Below are positions 11,859-24,380 of a stretch of DNA of 58,677 nucleotides, piece after piece. Each line of letters begins with the position of its first letter. Within the stretch, counting starts at the first letter, position 1. The notes beneath the pieces are model-generated. The model was not told the origin of the DNA and did no database searches. It saw only the letters and a list, made by a program, of their open reading frames with translations. The position numbers were made by a program, and so were the translations under genes. Source of the DNA: Octopus bimaculoides (Eukaryota); the NCBI RefSeq assembly GCF_001194135.2, contig NC_068993.1, positions 54,463,566 through 54,522,242 on the forward strand, given 5' to 3'.

Positions 11859-13651
11859 ATGTTTGTATATGTATAGGATGAATCTATGTTTGGATGAGTG
11901 TATATATATAAATCCACTCACAAGGCTTTAGTCGGCCTGAGCCTATAGTAGAAGACACTTGCCTAAGGTGTCACGCAGTGGGACTGAACCTGGAACCATG
12001 TGGTTGGGAAGCAGTGGAAAAAGAAAAAAACTCCACAAAAAAAAAAAAAAAACGTTGTTTAACACGAAGTTCTTGGCTGAGAATTGTCTGTTTGTGTTTT
12101 GCCGGAGGTAATGGGTTTTTGAAGCTTGTATCTACTTTACGAGGAATAAAAACGCTACGTTTGAAGGAATAAATTCATGTAGGACTATCATAATTAATTT
12201 TCAATAACTTGGCCACCAACTGAGTGCTTGTTTCCTAGGCAACACCTTCTATCCCACTAATATGCGTGTGTGTGTGTGTGCGTGTACCATAAATTTAATT
12301 GAGGAAACGGTTGACACTTCTTGCGCATAATGTCTCTATATTCTATCTGTAAAAGAACACACATGCACAAGCATGCAGGTACACACACACACACACAGAG
12401 TCGCCCCTATGCATTATTCCCCCCTCCTCCCACACAAACATAACCTGTTTTCATTCCATGAGTCATAGAAGCAGTTAAAAGCGCTGGAGGAGATTAACTC
12501 ATGCTATTCCAGGAATGTGGCATTATAGATTTCAAGGACCAGTTACAGCTAATACATACATGTAAACATACATACATGCATGTTCTCGTATATGAATGGG
12601 TTTGTATATATTGCGTCTTGCAGGTGGTCGTTGAATTATGAATCTACAGACTGTAGAGCATAATCACTGGTGTGAGTCTAATAATTAGTGAGGTACAGTT
12701 AATTAAGGAAGACAGCATACAGCACTCAAACTAATTAGTTCAGTAAATGAAAGCGCACAGGCTTACATACATAAATTCGTATATACAATTATGTCGATAT
12801 GTATTTATGAGTGTAAGCATGTATACAAACATAGGTACGTATGTACGCACATACGTACGTACGTACATACATACATATACACACACACACGGTAATATTT
12901 ATGTGCGTATTATCACAGATATATTTAAATTTAACATAAACAATTTCTATCGTCTAATTTCTATCGTCTAACATACATGCACATAGTCTCCTGTATGTAT
13001 GTATGCATGTATGTATGTATGTATGTATGTATGTATGCATGTATGTATGTATGTATGTATGTATGTGTGTGTGTATGTATGGATGTATGTGCGTGCGTAC
13101 GTACGTATGTATGCGTGTATGTGTAGTACTTTGGGAGGATCAGTTTGTCAATAAAGATACGTAATATTTGAAGTACACTTCAATTTTATTGTTAACAAAT
13201 CAATTGTGCAATTAATCAACTAGATATAAACTTTTCGTTCCACTACAGTAGCCTTTCTAATGATTTGAATATCTACGGCTGATTTTCTTTCTTTTTGCGC
13301 TTGTCATACAGTCAGTCAAGCGTTTATGTATAATCACATTTTATTCTCGTTGTTTTACTGTGGTAGTGGATGGTAGTTTTTCTATTGAGTGTATGTGTGT
13401 TTTGCTTCCAGTATGTATACTGCTTCTGTAAGTTATCGGAGTGTCAGATCTTTGGCGGCGAGAAAAGGTTTTCTTTATGACAAAATACCCAATAATTAAT
13501 GAATTAATTAACCGATTAGTAAATAAAGAAACTGAAGTGAACTATAACCAATGCATTTGTTTATTGGTAAAATAATCCTCTCTAACTACAGTATCGTTTC
13601 ATATAAAATTTTAGCAAAAAACTCCCAAAATTTGGAAATCACTCGTATATA

Positions 13652-13713
<62 letters not shown>

Positions 13714-14412
13714 TGTATGTGTTGCATATGTGTGCGTGAGTTATACAATAATATCAAGTTCTTCCTTTGTTTTCTTCATTCTTATCACACGTTGATAAAC
13801 ATTATGGATTTATATTTAGGTATGTGCATATGTATATATAGATATTAATACTCAGGGTAAGATAATATATTTTTTGCCCTTTTTTCTTTGAGTTCTTTAA
13901 AATTCCCTTTATATGCTTTGTATTTTCTTGTTTTCATGATTAATTTTTGCTTCAGCATTTCATAAGCTGTCCTTAGAATACTTTTTTAAAGACAAATTTT
14001 GAAAATTCTCGTTCTGTTTGTAAGAATCTTCCCAATTCTGTTTGTAGTGAAAACAAACTTTTCGTTTCATTTTATCATTTACCTTATCATTTGAAATCAT
14101 TTTTAGCTCACATTCAGGTAGAGATGTCCTCGATGAAGGCCCCCACATGTTTAATTAGTTTTCCACAAGCATGCATATACAGCATTAGAAGCGAACTTCT
14201 GTCTCAGATTTAACGTATTTTCCTGTATATATTTTGTCGANNNNNNNNNNNNNNNNNNNNNNNNNNNNNNNNNNNNNNNNNNNNNNNNNNNNNNNNNNNN
14301 NNNNNNNNNNNNNNNNNNNNNNNNNNNNNNNNNNNNNNNNNNNNNNNNNNNNNNNNNNNNNNNNNNNNNNNNNNNNNNNNNNNNNNNNNNNNNNNNNNNN
14401 NNNNNNNNNNNN

Positions 14413-14456
<44 letters not shown>

Positions 14457-14484
14457 TTTATTGAAAAGCAGCAAAAATATCACA

Positions 14485-14530
14485 AAAACTGTTACTTAGT
14501 GTTTCACGTTCCCGTTCGTCGCACAGTTTT
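14485..14530 (-). ncRNA. Minimal type I hammerhead ribozyme-like motif, catalytic core mutated
   Basis: AAAACTGT-GCGACGA-ACG GGAA CGT-GAAA-C ACTAA G-TA-ACAGTTTT: 8-bp stem I, GNRA-capped stem II, GAAA and a GUA triplet. The core differs from CUGANGA at C3 and U4. Confidence 0.55.
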
Positions 14531-15804
14531 GTTTAGAATATATATATACATATATCTACATATATTTCTATGTATAGCTACATATATATCTATACATATA
14601 TTTATATATAATACATACACATAAATGTGTATGTGTTATATACACACGCACAAACACGCACGCATGTATATACATATACGCACGTACATATAAACAAATG
14701 CATACACACACGAATGTACATCGTCGAAGATCTCACTTGCATATTGTTAGTTCGCAAAAGAAGGGGAGAAAATGTTTACTTTTCATGAAAAAGTGTGTTA
14801 GGGTCGGGATGGGTACAGAAGCGGGTATATATGAGGTCGGTGAAACCATGTTTTTTTTTATATAGAGGAATTAAGGGTGGGATGCGAAGGTTGTTAATAC
14901 ATTTTCTTCACCGAGCCACCCGTAAGTTAAACATAATTCCTTTGTGAATTCTACAACAACCTACTACTAAAGCCTACCACCTTTAGAAGTAGTTCTAATC
15001 AGATTTATTTCTAGAATAATCTTATTTATTTATTTACTTATATATTTATCTGTTTATCTGTCTGTCTGTCCCATTTTCATCCTTTCCGATCGCGCCTCCC
15101 ACCGCGGTTATAGTCACTTTATGTCTTTCATATTTTGAACATCATTCTCTCACTCTTTTTCTCTCCTCTTTCATTCATGTTCCTTTTAATTCTTCATTCA
15201 CAATTACCTCTCTTTAACTGCATTTTATTTATTTATGCATGTATGTATGTATGTATCTATCTATCTATCTATTTTATCTATTCAAACACAACCATCAATC
15301 TAGGTTAAACCTCATTTCGGTCAGTCAACCTTGTTTGCCCAGCTGGACCCCGTCTCTTACAACTGAACTCCAGTGGAAAGTGAAAGGCATTTTAGAAGCT
15401 TGATCTTCTACTTTATTCTTTCCAGTATTCTTACTTTAATTCCAATTTTATTGTGTCTTCCATTTCTATTTCCATTTTCTTTTTATTATTATTATTATTA
15501 TTATTTCTTTCCGTGTCTCCTCCTTCTTTCCCTTCCCGTTTCTTTCAATCATATCAGCTGTCGTCTGCTCAATTCGCTTCATTTCTTGTTACACACACGC
15601 CACAGTTTTCCTCGAACGAAACGTGAGGTTTGAATAGTTCTTTCGTTGGTTTTAGAGATCAGTTAAAACCATGTCAAATCACCGTTTTCTGCTCCGTTCC
15701 ACCCCCTGTCGCTTTCTTTCCTCTCTCTGTCTCTCTTTCTCTCCCATCGCTCCCTCTCTCTCACATACACTAAGTGCACGATATCAGTATACACCAATTC
15801 ATAA

Positions 15805-15919
15805 GGCGGAGAGCTGGCAGTATCGTTGTAGCGCCGAACAAAATGCTTTGTGGTATTTCGTCCGTTTTTACGTTCTGACTTCAAATTCCGCCGAGGTCTT
15901 TTTCGGAGTCGATAAAATA
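15805..15919 (+). mobile_element. SINE family A 5' part, disrupted by the mariner insertion
   Basis: Head and body run to GTCGATAAAATA, then switch abruptly to the putative mariner TIR. Confidence 0.8.
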
Positions 15920-16755
15920 TCAGGTCATCCCATAAATTCTCTCCGATTTTACCTTTTTTTAAAATTGAATGAAATTTAATAGTATTTTAGAATGTCTAAT
16001 GGAATTAAAAATTATTTTTATGCGTTTGTATACATTTAAACTAATTAAATATTATTTTACAGAATAATAGAATTAAAATTTCTTTGATTAAAACCCTTTC
16101 TAACACGGAAGCATCCAAAGAGCATTTGAGGCACATAATGCTTTATGAGTACAAAAATGGAAACTCTGCAGCCGAAGCAACTCGTAACATCCACTCAGTT
16201 TATGGGAAAGAATGCTTGAACGAAAGAACTTGCAGAAGATGGTTTGCAAAATTCAGAAGTGGAGATTTCAGCCTTGAAGATGAAGATCGAACAGGACGTC
16301 CAGTAGAGTTTGATGATAAGCTCCTTGGGAAATTTTTTGAAGAAAATCCTGTATTATCAATAAAGCTTAGTTCAAACCATACAACTGTTCATCGTTATCT
16401 GCAACAACTTGGAAAGGTTCCTAAACTTGGAAAATGGTGCCTCATGAATTGTCGGAAAGCAACCGCAAATCCCGAGTTGACATCTGCTCTTCTTTCCATT
16501 CTCGCGAACTCATTTCACCCTTTTTGGATAGACTTGTGACTGGTGACGAAAAATGGATCTTCTACCGAAATGTTAAACGTCGTAAAAGGGAAAAAGCTCA
16601 ACCACAACCGAGAAGGGAACTTCATGGGAAAAATGATCTTCTCTCTATCTGGTGGGATTGCAAAGGATTAATTCACTTTGAATTGTTACCATCTAATGCA
16701 ACAATCAATGCTCAAGTCTACTGTCAGCAATTAGAGCGTTTGAACCAAACTCTGA
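15920..16755 (+). mobile_element. Mariner (Tc1/mariner) DNA transposon, decayed; 3' half lost in N gap
   Basis: Transposase remnants in two frames. Putative left TIR TCAGGTCATCCCATAAA follows a TA at 15918-15919. The right TIR is not visible, so the TIR call is inferred. Confidence 0.9.
16105..16755 (+). pseudogene. Mariner transposase pseudogene
   Basis: HTH region EHLRHIMLYEY..RTCRRWFAKFRSGDFSLEDEDRTGRP, the W-VPHEL motif broken by a frameshift near 16437, and TGDEKW (first catalytic Asp). The likely start codon reads ACG at 16105, and there are internal deletions. Confidence 0.93.
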
Positions 16756-17308
16756 NNNNNNNNNNNNNNNNNNNNNNNNNNNNNNNNNNNNNNNNNNNNN
16801 NNNNNNNNNNNNNNNNNNNNNNNNNNNNNNNNNNNNNNNNNNNNNNNNNNNNNNNNNNNNNNNNNNNNNNNNNNNNNNNNNNNNNNNNNNNNNNNNNNNN
16901 NNNNNNNNNNNNNNNNNNNNNNNNNNNNNNNNNNNNNNNNNNNNNNNNNNNNNNNNNNNNNNNNNNNNNNNNNNNNNNNNNNNNNNNNNNNNNNNNNNNN
17001 NNNNNNNNNNNNNNNNNNNNNNNNNNNNNNNNNNNNNNNNNNNNNNNNNNNNNNNNNNNNNNNNNNNNNNNNNNNNNNNNNNNNNNNNNNNNNNNNNNNN
17101 NNNNNNNNNNNNNNNNNNNNNNNNNNNNNNNNNNNNNNNNNNNNNNNNNNNNNNNNNNNNNNNNNNNNNNNNNNNNNNNNNNNNNNNNNNNNNNNNNNNN
17201 NNNNNNNNNNNNNNNNNNNNNNNNNNNNNNNNNNNNNNNNNNNNNNNNNNNNNNNNNNNNNNNNNNNNNNNNNNNNNNNNNNNNNNNNNNNNNNNNNNNN
17301 NNNNNNNN

Positions 17309-17415
17309 CTTTCGAGGTCGATAAAATAAATACCAGTTGAGTACTTGGGTCGATGTAATCGACTTAACCCTCCTCCGAAATTGCTGGTCTTGTGCCAAAA
17401 TTTGAAATTATTATA
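17309..17415 (+). mobile_element. SINE family A 3' part
   Basis: Core and short tail immediately after the N gap. Confidence 0.8.
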
Positions 17416-18296
17416 TACCAGTTTGACCCATCTCCGAGTAGAGACATATCCTACCAGCTAGTTTCCCACACAACTACACCGCACGTACTCCCACGAAGCT
17501 AAACTATTTTCGCCCTTCATTCACTATTTATTACAGAGACAAAAATCTTCCCATAATCATATGAAACATAAAGAAACAAACAAATTATCTCAGAACTATT
17601 TATAATATAAGCAGAACATCACTAATCTTCCTAATTTTCCTAAGCTATTTTACAACATATCTAAATTCAGCTCTTTTTACAGAGAAAACATATAAAATGA
17701 GATGTATTTTGTATATAATGGTATTTTACTAAATTAAAAAAAAAAAATGGGCTTCTTTACGTTATATGGGTGAATAGTGGATTATATTGGATTAAGAATG
17801 TTACTTTCTCTAATATATTGTTGCATGTGGAATGAGTCTTTTATTAGATTAATAAAAGCACTTTCTCTGATAAAAGCCAAGCCGAAACATTACAATTTCT
17901 CTAGGCATACAGACTTATTTGTTGTTATCAACAACATCGAATCACCAAAAAGTAGGTTATTGGATTCATTAGTGACACATTTCTAGCAATAACACTGATT
18001 AAATATTTTTATACAGACCTTAATTTAACTATAGTAAGGCCCTCCCCCGGAATAAAAAATTAGTTTCAGGTAATTACTTTACGAAGAATATGAAGACAAA
18101 CATTATCGATTGTTCCAACGAACTATCTCATTATAGATTATAGATCACTATATATATTTCCGTTCAGCTGAATTTTGCCAACAGAAGCGCATTCTATGGC
18201 TTACCAGCGAATGCTATACCTACTTAAGACATCATTCAGTTGTCAAACTTTTAAAGACATTACTCAATTTCTAAACAGCCGCTTAAAATATCGATT

Positions 18297-18496
18297 TTAA
18301 AAATTTGGCAACGGCCAGCAATTTCGTGAGAGGGGCCAAGTTGGTTACATCGACCCCAGTGTTCAACTGGTACTTATTTTATCGATCCAGATAGGACGAA
18401 AGGCAAAGTCGACATCGGCGGATTCAAAACGTTAAGTCGAAAAAAAAAAAAAAACGCCGTTAAGCATTTTATCCGACATGATAACGATTCGCCGCC
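18297..18496 (-). mobile_element. SINE family A monomer, diverged
   Basis: Reverse complement of the head, core (CTGGTACTTATTTTATCGA on +) and tail. Confidence 0.8.
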
Positions 18497-18714
18497 TTAA
18501 AGCCGCTTAAGACATTGCTTCCCTTTTTGAATGAGAAGAGGAAAGACAACGACTATACTCCTCTCCAGCAACTCCGAAATTATTGTCTGGGAAGGAAGAT
18601 CTTGTCTGGATCCGTAAAACTCATTAGAAACCTAAAAGGTTCAGGTAATGATTTAAGTTGATTGACAAATTAAGCCCATCACCCAAAGAACAGAAACAAT
18701 CCTTTTGAAGGACC

Positions 18715-18872
18715 GCTTCAGAGTTCTCACAACCAAATTTCTCTACAAAGCTTAAGTAGACCCCATGCTATAGTAGACGATACTTGCCAGAAATAACGCG
18801 CCGCAGGATTGAGCTTTCAGCCAAAGCCACGCAGTTAGTTGCGAAGCAAACTTCTTGACCACACAGCCATGC
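18715..18872 (-). mobile_element. SINE family C head, diverged
   Basis: Reverse complement of GCATGGCTGTGTGGTCAAGAAGTTTGCTT..GGCAAGT..CTACTATAGC. Confidence 0.65.
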
Positions 18873-19171
18873 AAAGGACTCGTAAGATTCTTAAAAACAT
18901 TGCTAATAACGTTACGACATCATCCAGTTGTTCAGAAATCTCTAAAGGAAGTGATAAGAAAGGAGATGCTGAGTAGAGGGTGGAGAGAAGATGTACAGAG
19001 ATGTAGTGTTTTATTTCAACAACCCTCAACCAGTATAAACCGCCCCCACCGTCTTCCCCTTACACAACACTATCACTGTTTTGAAGTTACTCCCGCCACC
19101 TGGAAGGCTTCCTTCAAATTTCTGTGTATTTCCTGTCGCTCTGAATGATGAACCGCCCACCCGTAACTTAC

Positions 19172-19217
19172 CCTCTAACGGGTATCCAGATGCCTGTAGT
19201 TAAGCGACACATTGTGT
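19172..19217 (-). CDS. Candidate 46-nt exon (TMCRLTTGIWIPVR)
   Basis: Acceptor tataatctttttctAG and donor AGG|GTAAGT. The only open frame is phase 1 in / phase 2 out and contains an ATG. Confidence 0.33.
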
Positions 19218-19541
19218 CTAGAAAAAGATTATAATAGAAGTTGTAAGCGAATATCCATCAATAGGAGATTGCTTATCAAAGTACCCATCAGTGAGTAATT
19301 TGTTCCTATTGAATATTCTGAATTCTCACTAATTCCGTAGTAACGAAACACGTGACGTTCATGCCTTTCCCAAAGCTGTTTATTTAAAACGGACGTCGGA
19401 CACAACCGACGGCCAATCGAAACTAGGGCGCTCTGCTACGTTTACTAATTCACTTCCCTCTTTACCGAGCGGAGTAAACAGACAACCATCTATATAATGC
19501 AGCACTGGTTTTGTTGTTGCTATCGTAGTAACAGTAGTAAC

Positions 19542-19591
<50 letters not shown>

Positions 19592-20578
19592 AAGGAGGAG
19601 GAGAAGAAGAAGAAGAAGAAGAAGAAATGTCATTGTTATGTCGTTCACTCTAACTGTTTTACTATGTGGGTGTCCAATAATGCATCTTTCTTTCTCTCTT
19701 CCCCCCCTCTCTCTCCCTGTATAGGATGTGTGTGTGTGTGTGTGTGTGTACACACAAGCAAACACATACACACACTTATGTACTGAATATGATCAATAAA
19801 GATACAAGCACACACACACATATATATATACACACAGATGAATACTAAAGAACAACAAAAATTGAATGTTACAAGCTGCATACGGTGTAAAATTAGACAC
19901 ACACACACAAGTATGTATATGCGTATGTATGCATGTATGCATGTGTTTTATATATTATTTATATATACATACACACACACAGATACACACATATGCATAT
20001 ATAATACAAGCATAAAAACACCCATGCATTACTTCCATTCATACACATACATATATATACTGAAGGCTAAAAAAGTACACACACACACACACACATATAC
20101 ATACACCCATATATATATATATACACAGCGAGCGCACATCTAGTAAAGGCCAACATAAATCTAAAACACATTACAAAGCTCCATATTGTATAAATTCACA
20201 GTTATATAAATGCTCACGACGCGAATATAATTTCAGATCATTTGTGGCTGCTCTCTGGTTGAATTTCCTCCATATCTTTACAACGATGATATTATAATAC
20301 ACAACTAACCCACTCTCTTGTTTCTAGACCCTTCTACGCCGGATTATGCAGCCGCTTACACGAGTAATTAACTCCAGAATTAAGTATTCAGTTGGTCGAA
20401 CAAACCGAATAACTCATCACTGAGACCGAAACAAACTCCACCATTCTGCATAAATTAATTTTGCATTATTGAATAAATTATGGCGCGTATGTAAATTACA
20501 GTATTTATATACATCCAATATAATACGTAGTTTATGCACATCAATATAATATATAGTTGATGCACCATTATAGTATAT

Positions 20579-20698
20579 TGGCGTGGTTATATGGTAAGAA
20601 GTTTGCTTTCCAGCCACTTGGTTGGGCAAGTGTCTTTTTCTATAGTGTCGGGCTGACCAAAGCATTGTGAGTGGATTTGGTAGACGGAGATTGAACGA
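20579..20698 (+). mobile_element. SINE family C head with internal deletion; runs into gap
   Basis: GGCGTGGTTATATGGTAAGAAGTTTGC..GGGCAAGTGTC..GTGAGTGGATTTGGTAGACGG. Confidence 0.75.
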
Positions 20699-23600
20699 NN
20701 NNNNNNNNNNNNNNNNNNNNNNNNNNNNNNNNNNNNNNNNNNNNNNNNNNNNNNNNNNNNNNNNNNNNNNNNNNNNNNNNNNNNNNNNNNNNNNNNNNNN
20801 NNNNNNNNNNNNNNNNNNNNNNNNNNNNNNNNNNNNNNNNNNNNNNNNNNNNNNNNNNNNNNNNNNNNNNNNNNNNNNNNNNNNNNNNNNNNNNNNNNNN
20901 NNNNNNNNNNNNNNNNNNNNNNNNNNNNNNNNNNNNNNNNNNNNNNNNNNNNNNNNNNNNNNNNNNNNNNNNNNNNNNNNNNNNNNNNNNNNNNNNNNNN
21001 NNNNNNNNNNNNNNNNNNNNNNNNNNNNNNNNNNNNNNNNNNNNNNNNNNNNNNNNNNNNNNNNNNNNNNNNNNNNNNNNNNNNNNNNNNNNNNNNNNNN
21101 NNNNNNNNNNNNNNNNATCCCGATACCTATATAAAATGCACGAATGGACTTAATGGATATGGTCAGAAATGAAAAGAGAGGAAGCCAGGGACGTGGGGAC
21201 GGGAATTTAAATTATAAATTAGTTCCCCGCCCATTGGAAGCGGGTGGGAGTTGAGGTGATGAGCGGGGTGGAGGAAGGGTTAAGTGTGTGACTCTACAGC
21301 GTTAGTGCACGGCTAAAGGGCTGAGAGGGTAGTGGCCATTGGAAATGTTTTAATCACGTGAACACGTGCTTCACATCCTGATTTGTAATTTGCTATTGTC
21401 ATTGAGCTCGTCTGTTTTTGTGTACATATAAGTCTAAATACATACAAACACACGAATGCACACATGCAAAGCCATGATACTCTTAATAAAAAAATAAAGA
21501 TGATCATAAATACCCCACCCCACCGAAAAAAGGACATCAGTGAAAGTACTCAATACAATCTAATGTAGAGTATATTTACTTGTAGTTTGAATATAGACCC
21601 TACATCGGTCCAGAGTCCCTCAGGAGCAGTTAGAAATAGTAACTAAACTCTTAACTCACAACATACATTTTTGACAAATAAGGACACATTACACAAGATA
21701 TACAAAAGTTGTGATGGTCATGGCCAGAAAGCCTTTTATTATAACTCTGCTCTGCCAACAACAATCTCCATATATGTATTTCTCACCCGTTCAACTGTTC
21801 TATGGATTCTGCATCGACCAACATGAAATCGTTGATGCTAGCGTTTCTTACTTCATGATTTTATGTCTTGTTTATGTTTCCTCTTGTTACCATAACAACG
21901 CGAGAGGATAATGGAACTTTCCAGATGGATATAATTCTTGAATTTTCACTCACAGAGAAATGTTTGGCTTGATTGAGATAAACAAATACTTGAGAGTCAC
22001 TCTCCTAAACTGTAACGCATTGAAACCGTGGAAGACCTCAGCTGAGGAAGCAGACATTGATAATGGCGGTTTCAAAAATACAGGATCCACTGCAGCAACT
22101 GTGGCATGTTGGCTGCAGTGTAGTGGTGACGGAAGTGGTGGTAGTAAAATGGGATAGAGATGATGGTGGTAGTGTAGTAGTCGAGTTGAGGTGGTGGTCA
22201 CCGTGTAGTCAGGTGATATATGCGTGCTTGTATATATATATGTGTGAGTATATATATATACATATATATATAGATAAAGAAATACATGTAGATATATATT
22301 TCATATATATGTGATATATGTGTGTGTGTGTGTGTGTGCGTGCATGCGTGCGCACGCACATATGCAAATATTAAAAAGATCAGGCAAGTCGTGTACATCA
22401 AAGAGAAGAGCTCTGAACTAAGAGTCAACACACACACACACACACACAAGTGCTATGTATGTATTATATATATATATATTTATATACAGCACTTATAAAA
22501 CCTTGTTTATCCGTTGTTACTATAATTTTCAAGAACACTTAAACAAGTCAAACGTTTATCCTCAGATTTACGCTGACATCTTAAGCCGGCATACCTCAAC
22601 AAAAGGATGTACTTTGAGAACAAAGAGGAAGTTCGCGTCATTTCCGTTTGGTGCTTTCTGATTTCTCTAGAAAGAATTCTTTTGTCGCGTTTTTATGTTC
22701 GTAAATTAAGGTCAAGGAGAGATGCTCACAAGTTATCTCCCCGTAGCCATAAATTATGAAATTGAGAAAAGCAAACAGATTTTTTTTCTTCCAGGGATGC
22801 TCAGAAAGTACCAACCGGAAGTAAGACGGACTTCATGATACGTACAGATGCTAACCAAAATCTGAAGACAGATGTTCGACCTGCCTGAGCGTTCTTGGAG
22901 CAATGTTTTGATAACATTTTTTTATGAGTTGTATGCTGACTGTCATGTTATCGAAAGTTCTTTTGATTTTAATATGGGACGAGGTGCGTAATTGACGGCG
23001 TCAATTGGTTTTATCGCATATAGTTAACCTTTAGTCATTTATATTAGCAGCATACTCGCTGTGTACCAATTCTCCGTTCTTTTTTTTTTTTTTTTTACAT
23101 TGTTTTCGTATACATTCGCTTGCTTTCTTCCAAAGGATCTAGTGCTCTTAGCTTAGATCTCTCTTCTTGGGGCCAGCCAGATTGGAGCAGGCCGAAACTG
23201 CAACGACGGTCTGGAACTCGATTGAAGATAGGAGGCTCCGAATGACCTGTCCTTGTTTTCTTTCTATCCTTTTTTGCATCGTCTAACTGTCCTGTTGTTT
23301 TGTTGTCGCCTGCTACGTTCTTGGTCCACTTTTTGTTTTATATATATATATATATATATATACCACAAAACCTCCTAAAGCTATACATTAATATCTAAGC
23401 AACCACTATCAGAGTAAGTAATCTCCACAAACCACGAATCCACAAACGTTTTCCACTTTACTGGACTGAAGGACAACCCAGAACGATGAGACTAAGACAT
23501 TACAATGAGACTAGACATAAACATTCACATAGAAGCGTAACAAATATTTATTCTCATCATCAAGATTTGTACGTAAATATACAAGCCTACACTTAACAAG

Positions 23601-24143
23601 CATGCATTTACATGTATATGTATATATATGTATATGTATTCATATGTGTGTGTGTGCGTATGTATGTTTGTGCGTGTGTAAGTTGAGATGTTGTCAGTGT
23701 GACGAACTATCCCCCTGCCGACTTAATAATTATAGAAACTTGATAGGCGACATCGAAGACATTGGTGCGACACAGCCAGGTGCGCTGTTTCTCTTGTCGT
23801 CACTGTTGTTGCTGTAGCTGCTGCTACTGCTGCTGCTGCTACTGCTGCTGTTGCTGCTGAAGATGATAATGATGACGTTTCACTACTAATCACTGACTAT
23901 GTAACACACACACACACACAACATGTGCACGTATACATACAAACGCGCATACATTCGAACATACACTCAAATGCCTATATACACGTAAACGCAGACATAC
24001 AGACATAGAAAGAAACACATTCGGTGGATACGTATCTACCCAATACACACATGGATTTACTCGTCTACCTCACGCACTAATCTATGATACACCACACACA
24101 CATACACACACGTATGTACGTATGTATGTGTGAGTTGTGTTAA

Positions 24144-24380
24144 GGCGGCGAGCTGGCAGAAACGTTAGCATGCCGGGCGAAATGCTTAGCGGTATTTCGT
24201 CTGCCGCTACGTTCTGAGTTCAAATTCCGCCGAGGTCGACTTTGCCTTTCATCCTTTCGGGGTCGATTAAATAAGTACCAGTTACGCACTGGGGTCGATA
24301 TAATCGACTTAATCCGTTTGTCTGTCCTTGTTTGTCCTCTCTGTGTGTATCCCCTTGTGGGCAGTAAAGAAATAAGAAAC
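24144..24380 (+). mobile_element. SINE family A, full monomer (long-tail type)
   Basis: Near-identical to the first monomer at 56129, with A-box/B-box-like motifs TGGCAGAAACG and GAGTTCAAATTCC. Confidence 0.9.

Noticed and set aside
21789-22115. Minus candidate exons with GTGAGA/GTGAGT donors (INDFMLVDAESIEQLN; ..SIKPNIS)
   Set aside because: Acceptors are weak or ambiguous and such matches are expected by chance.
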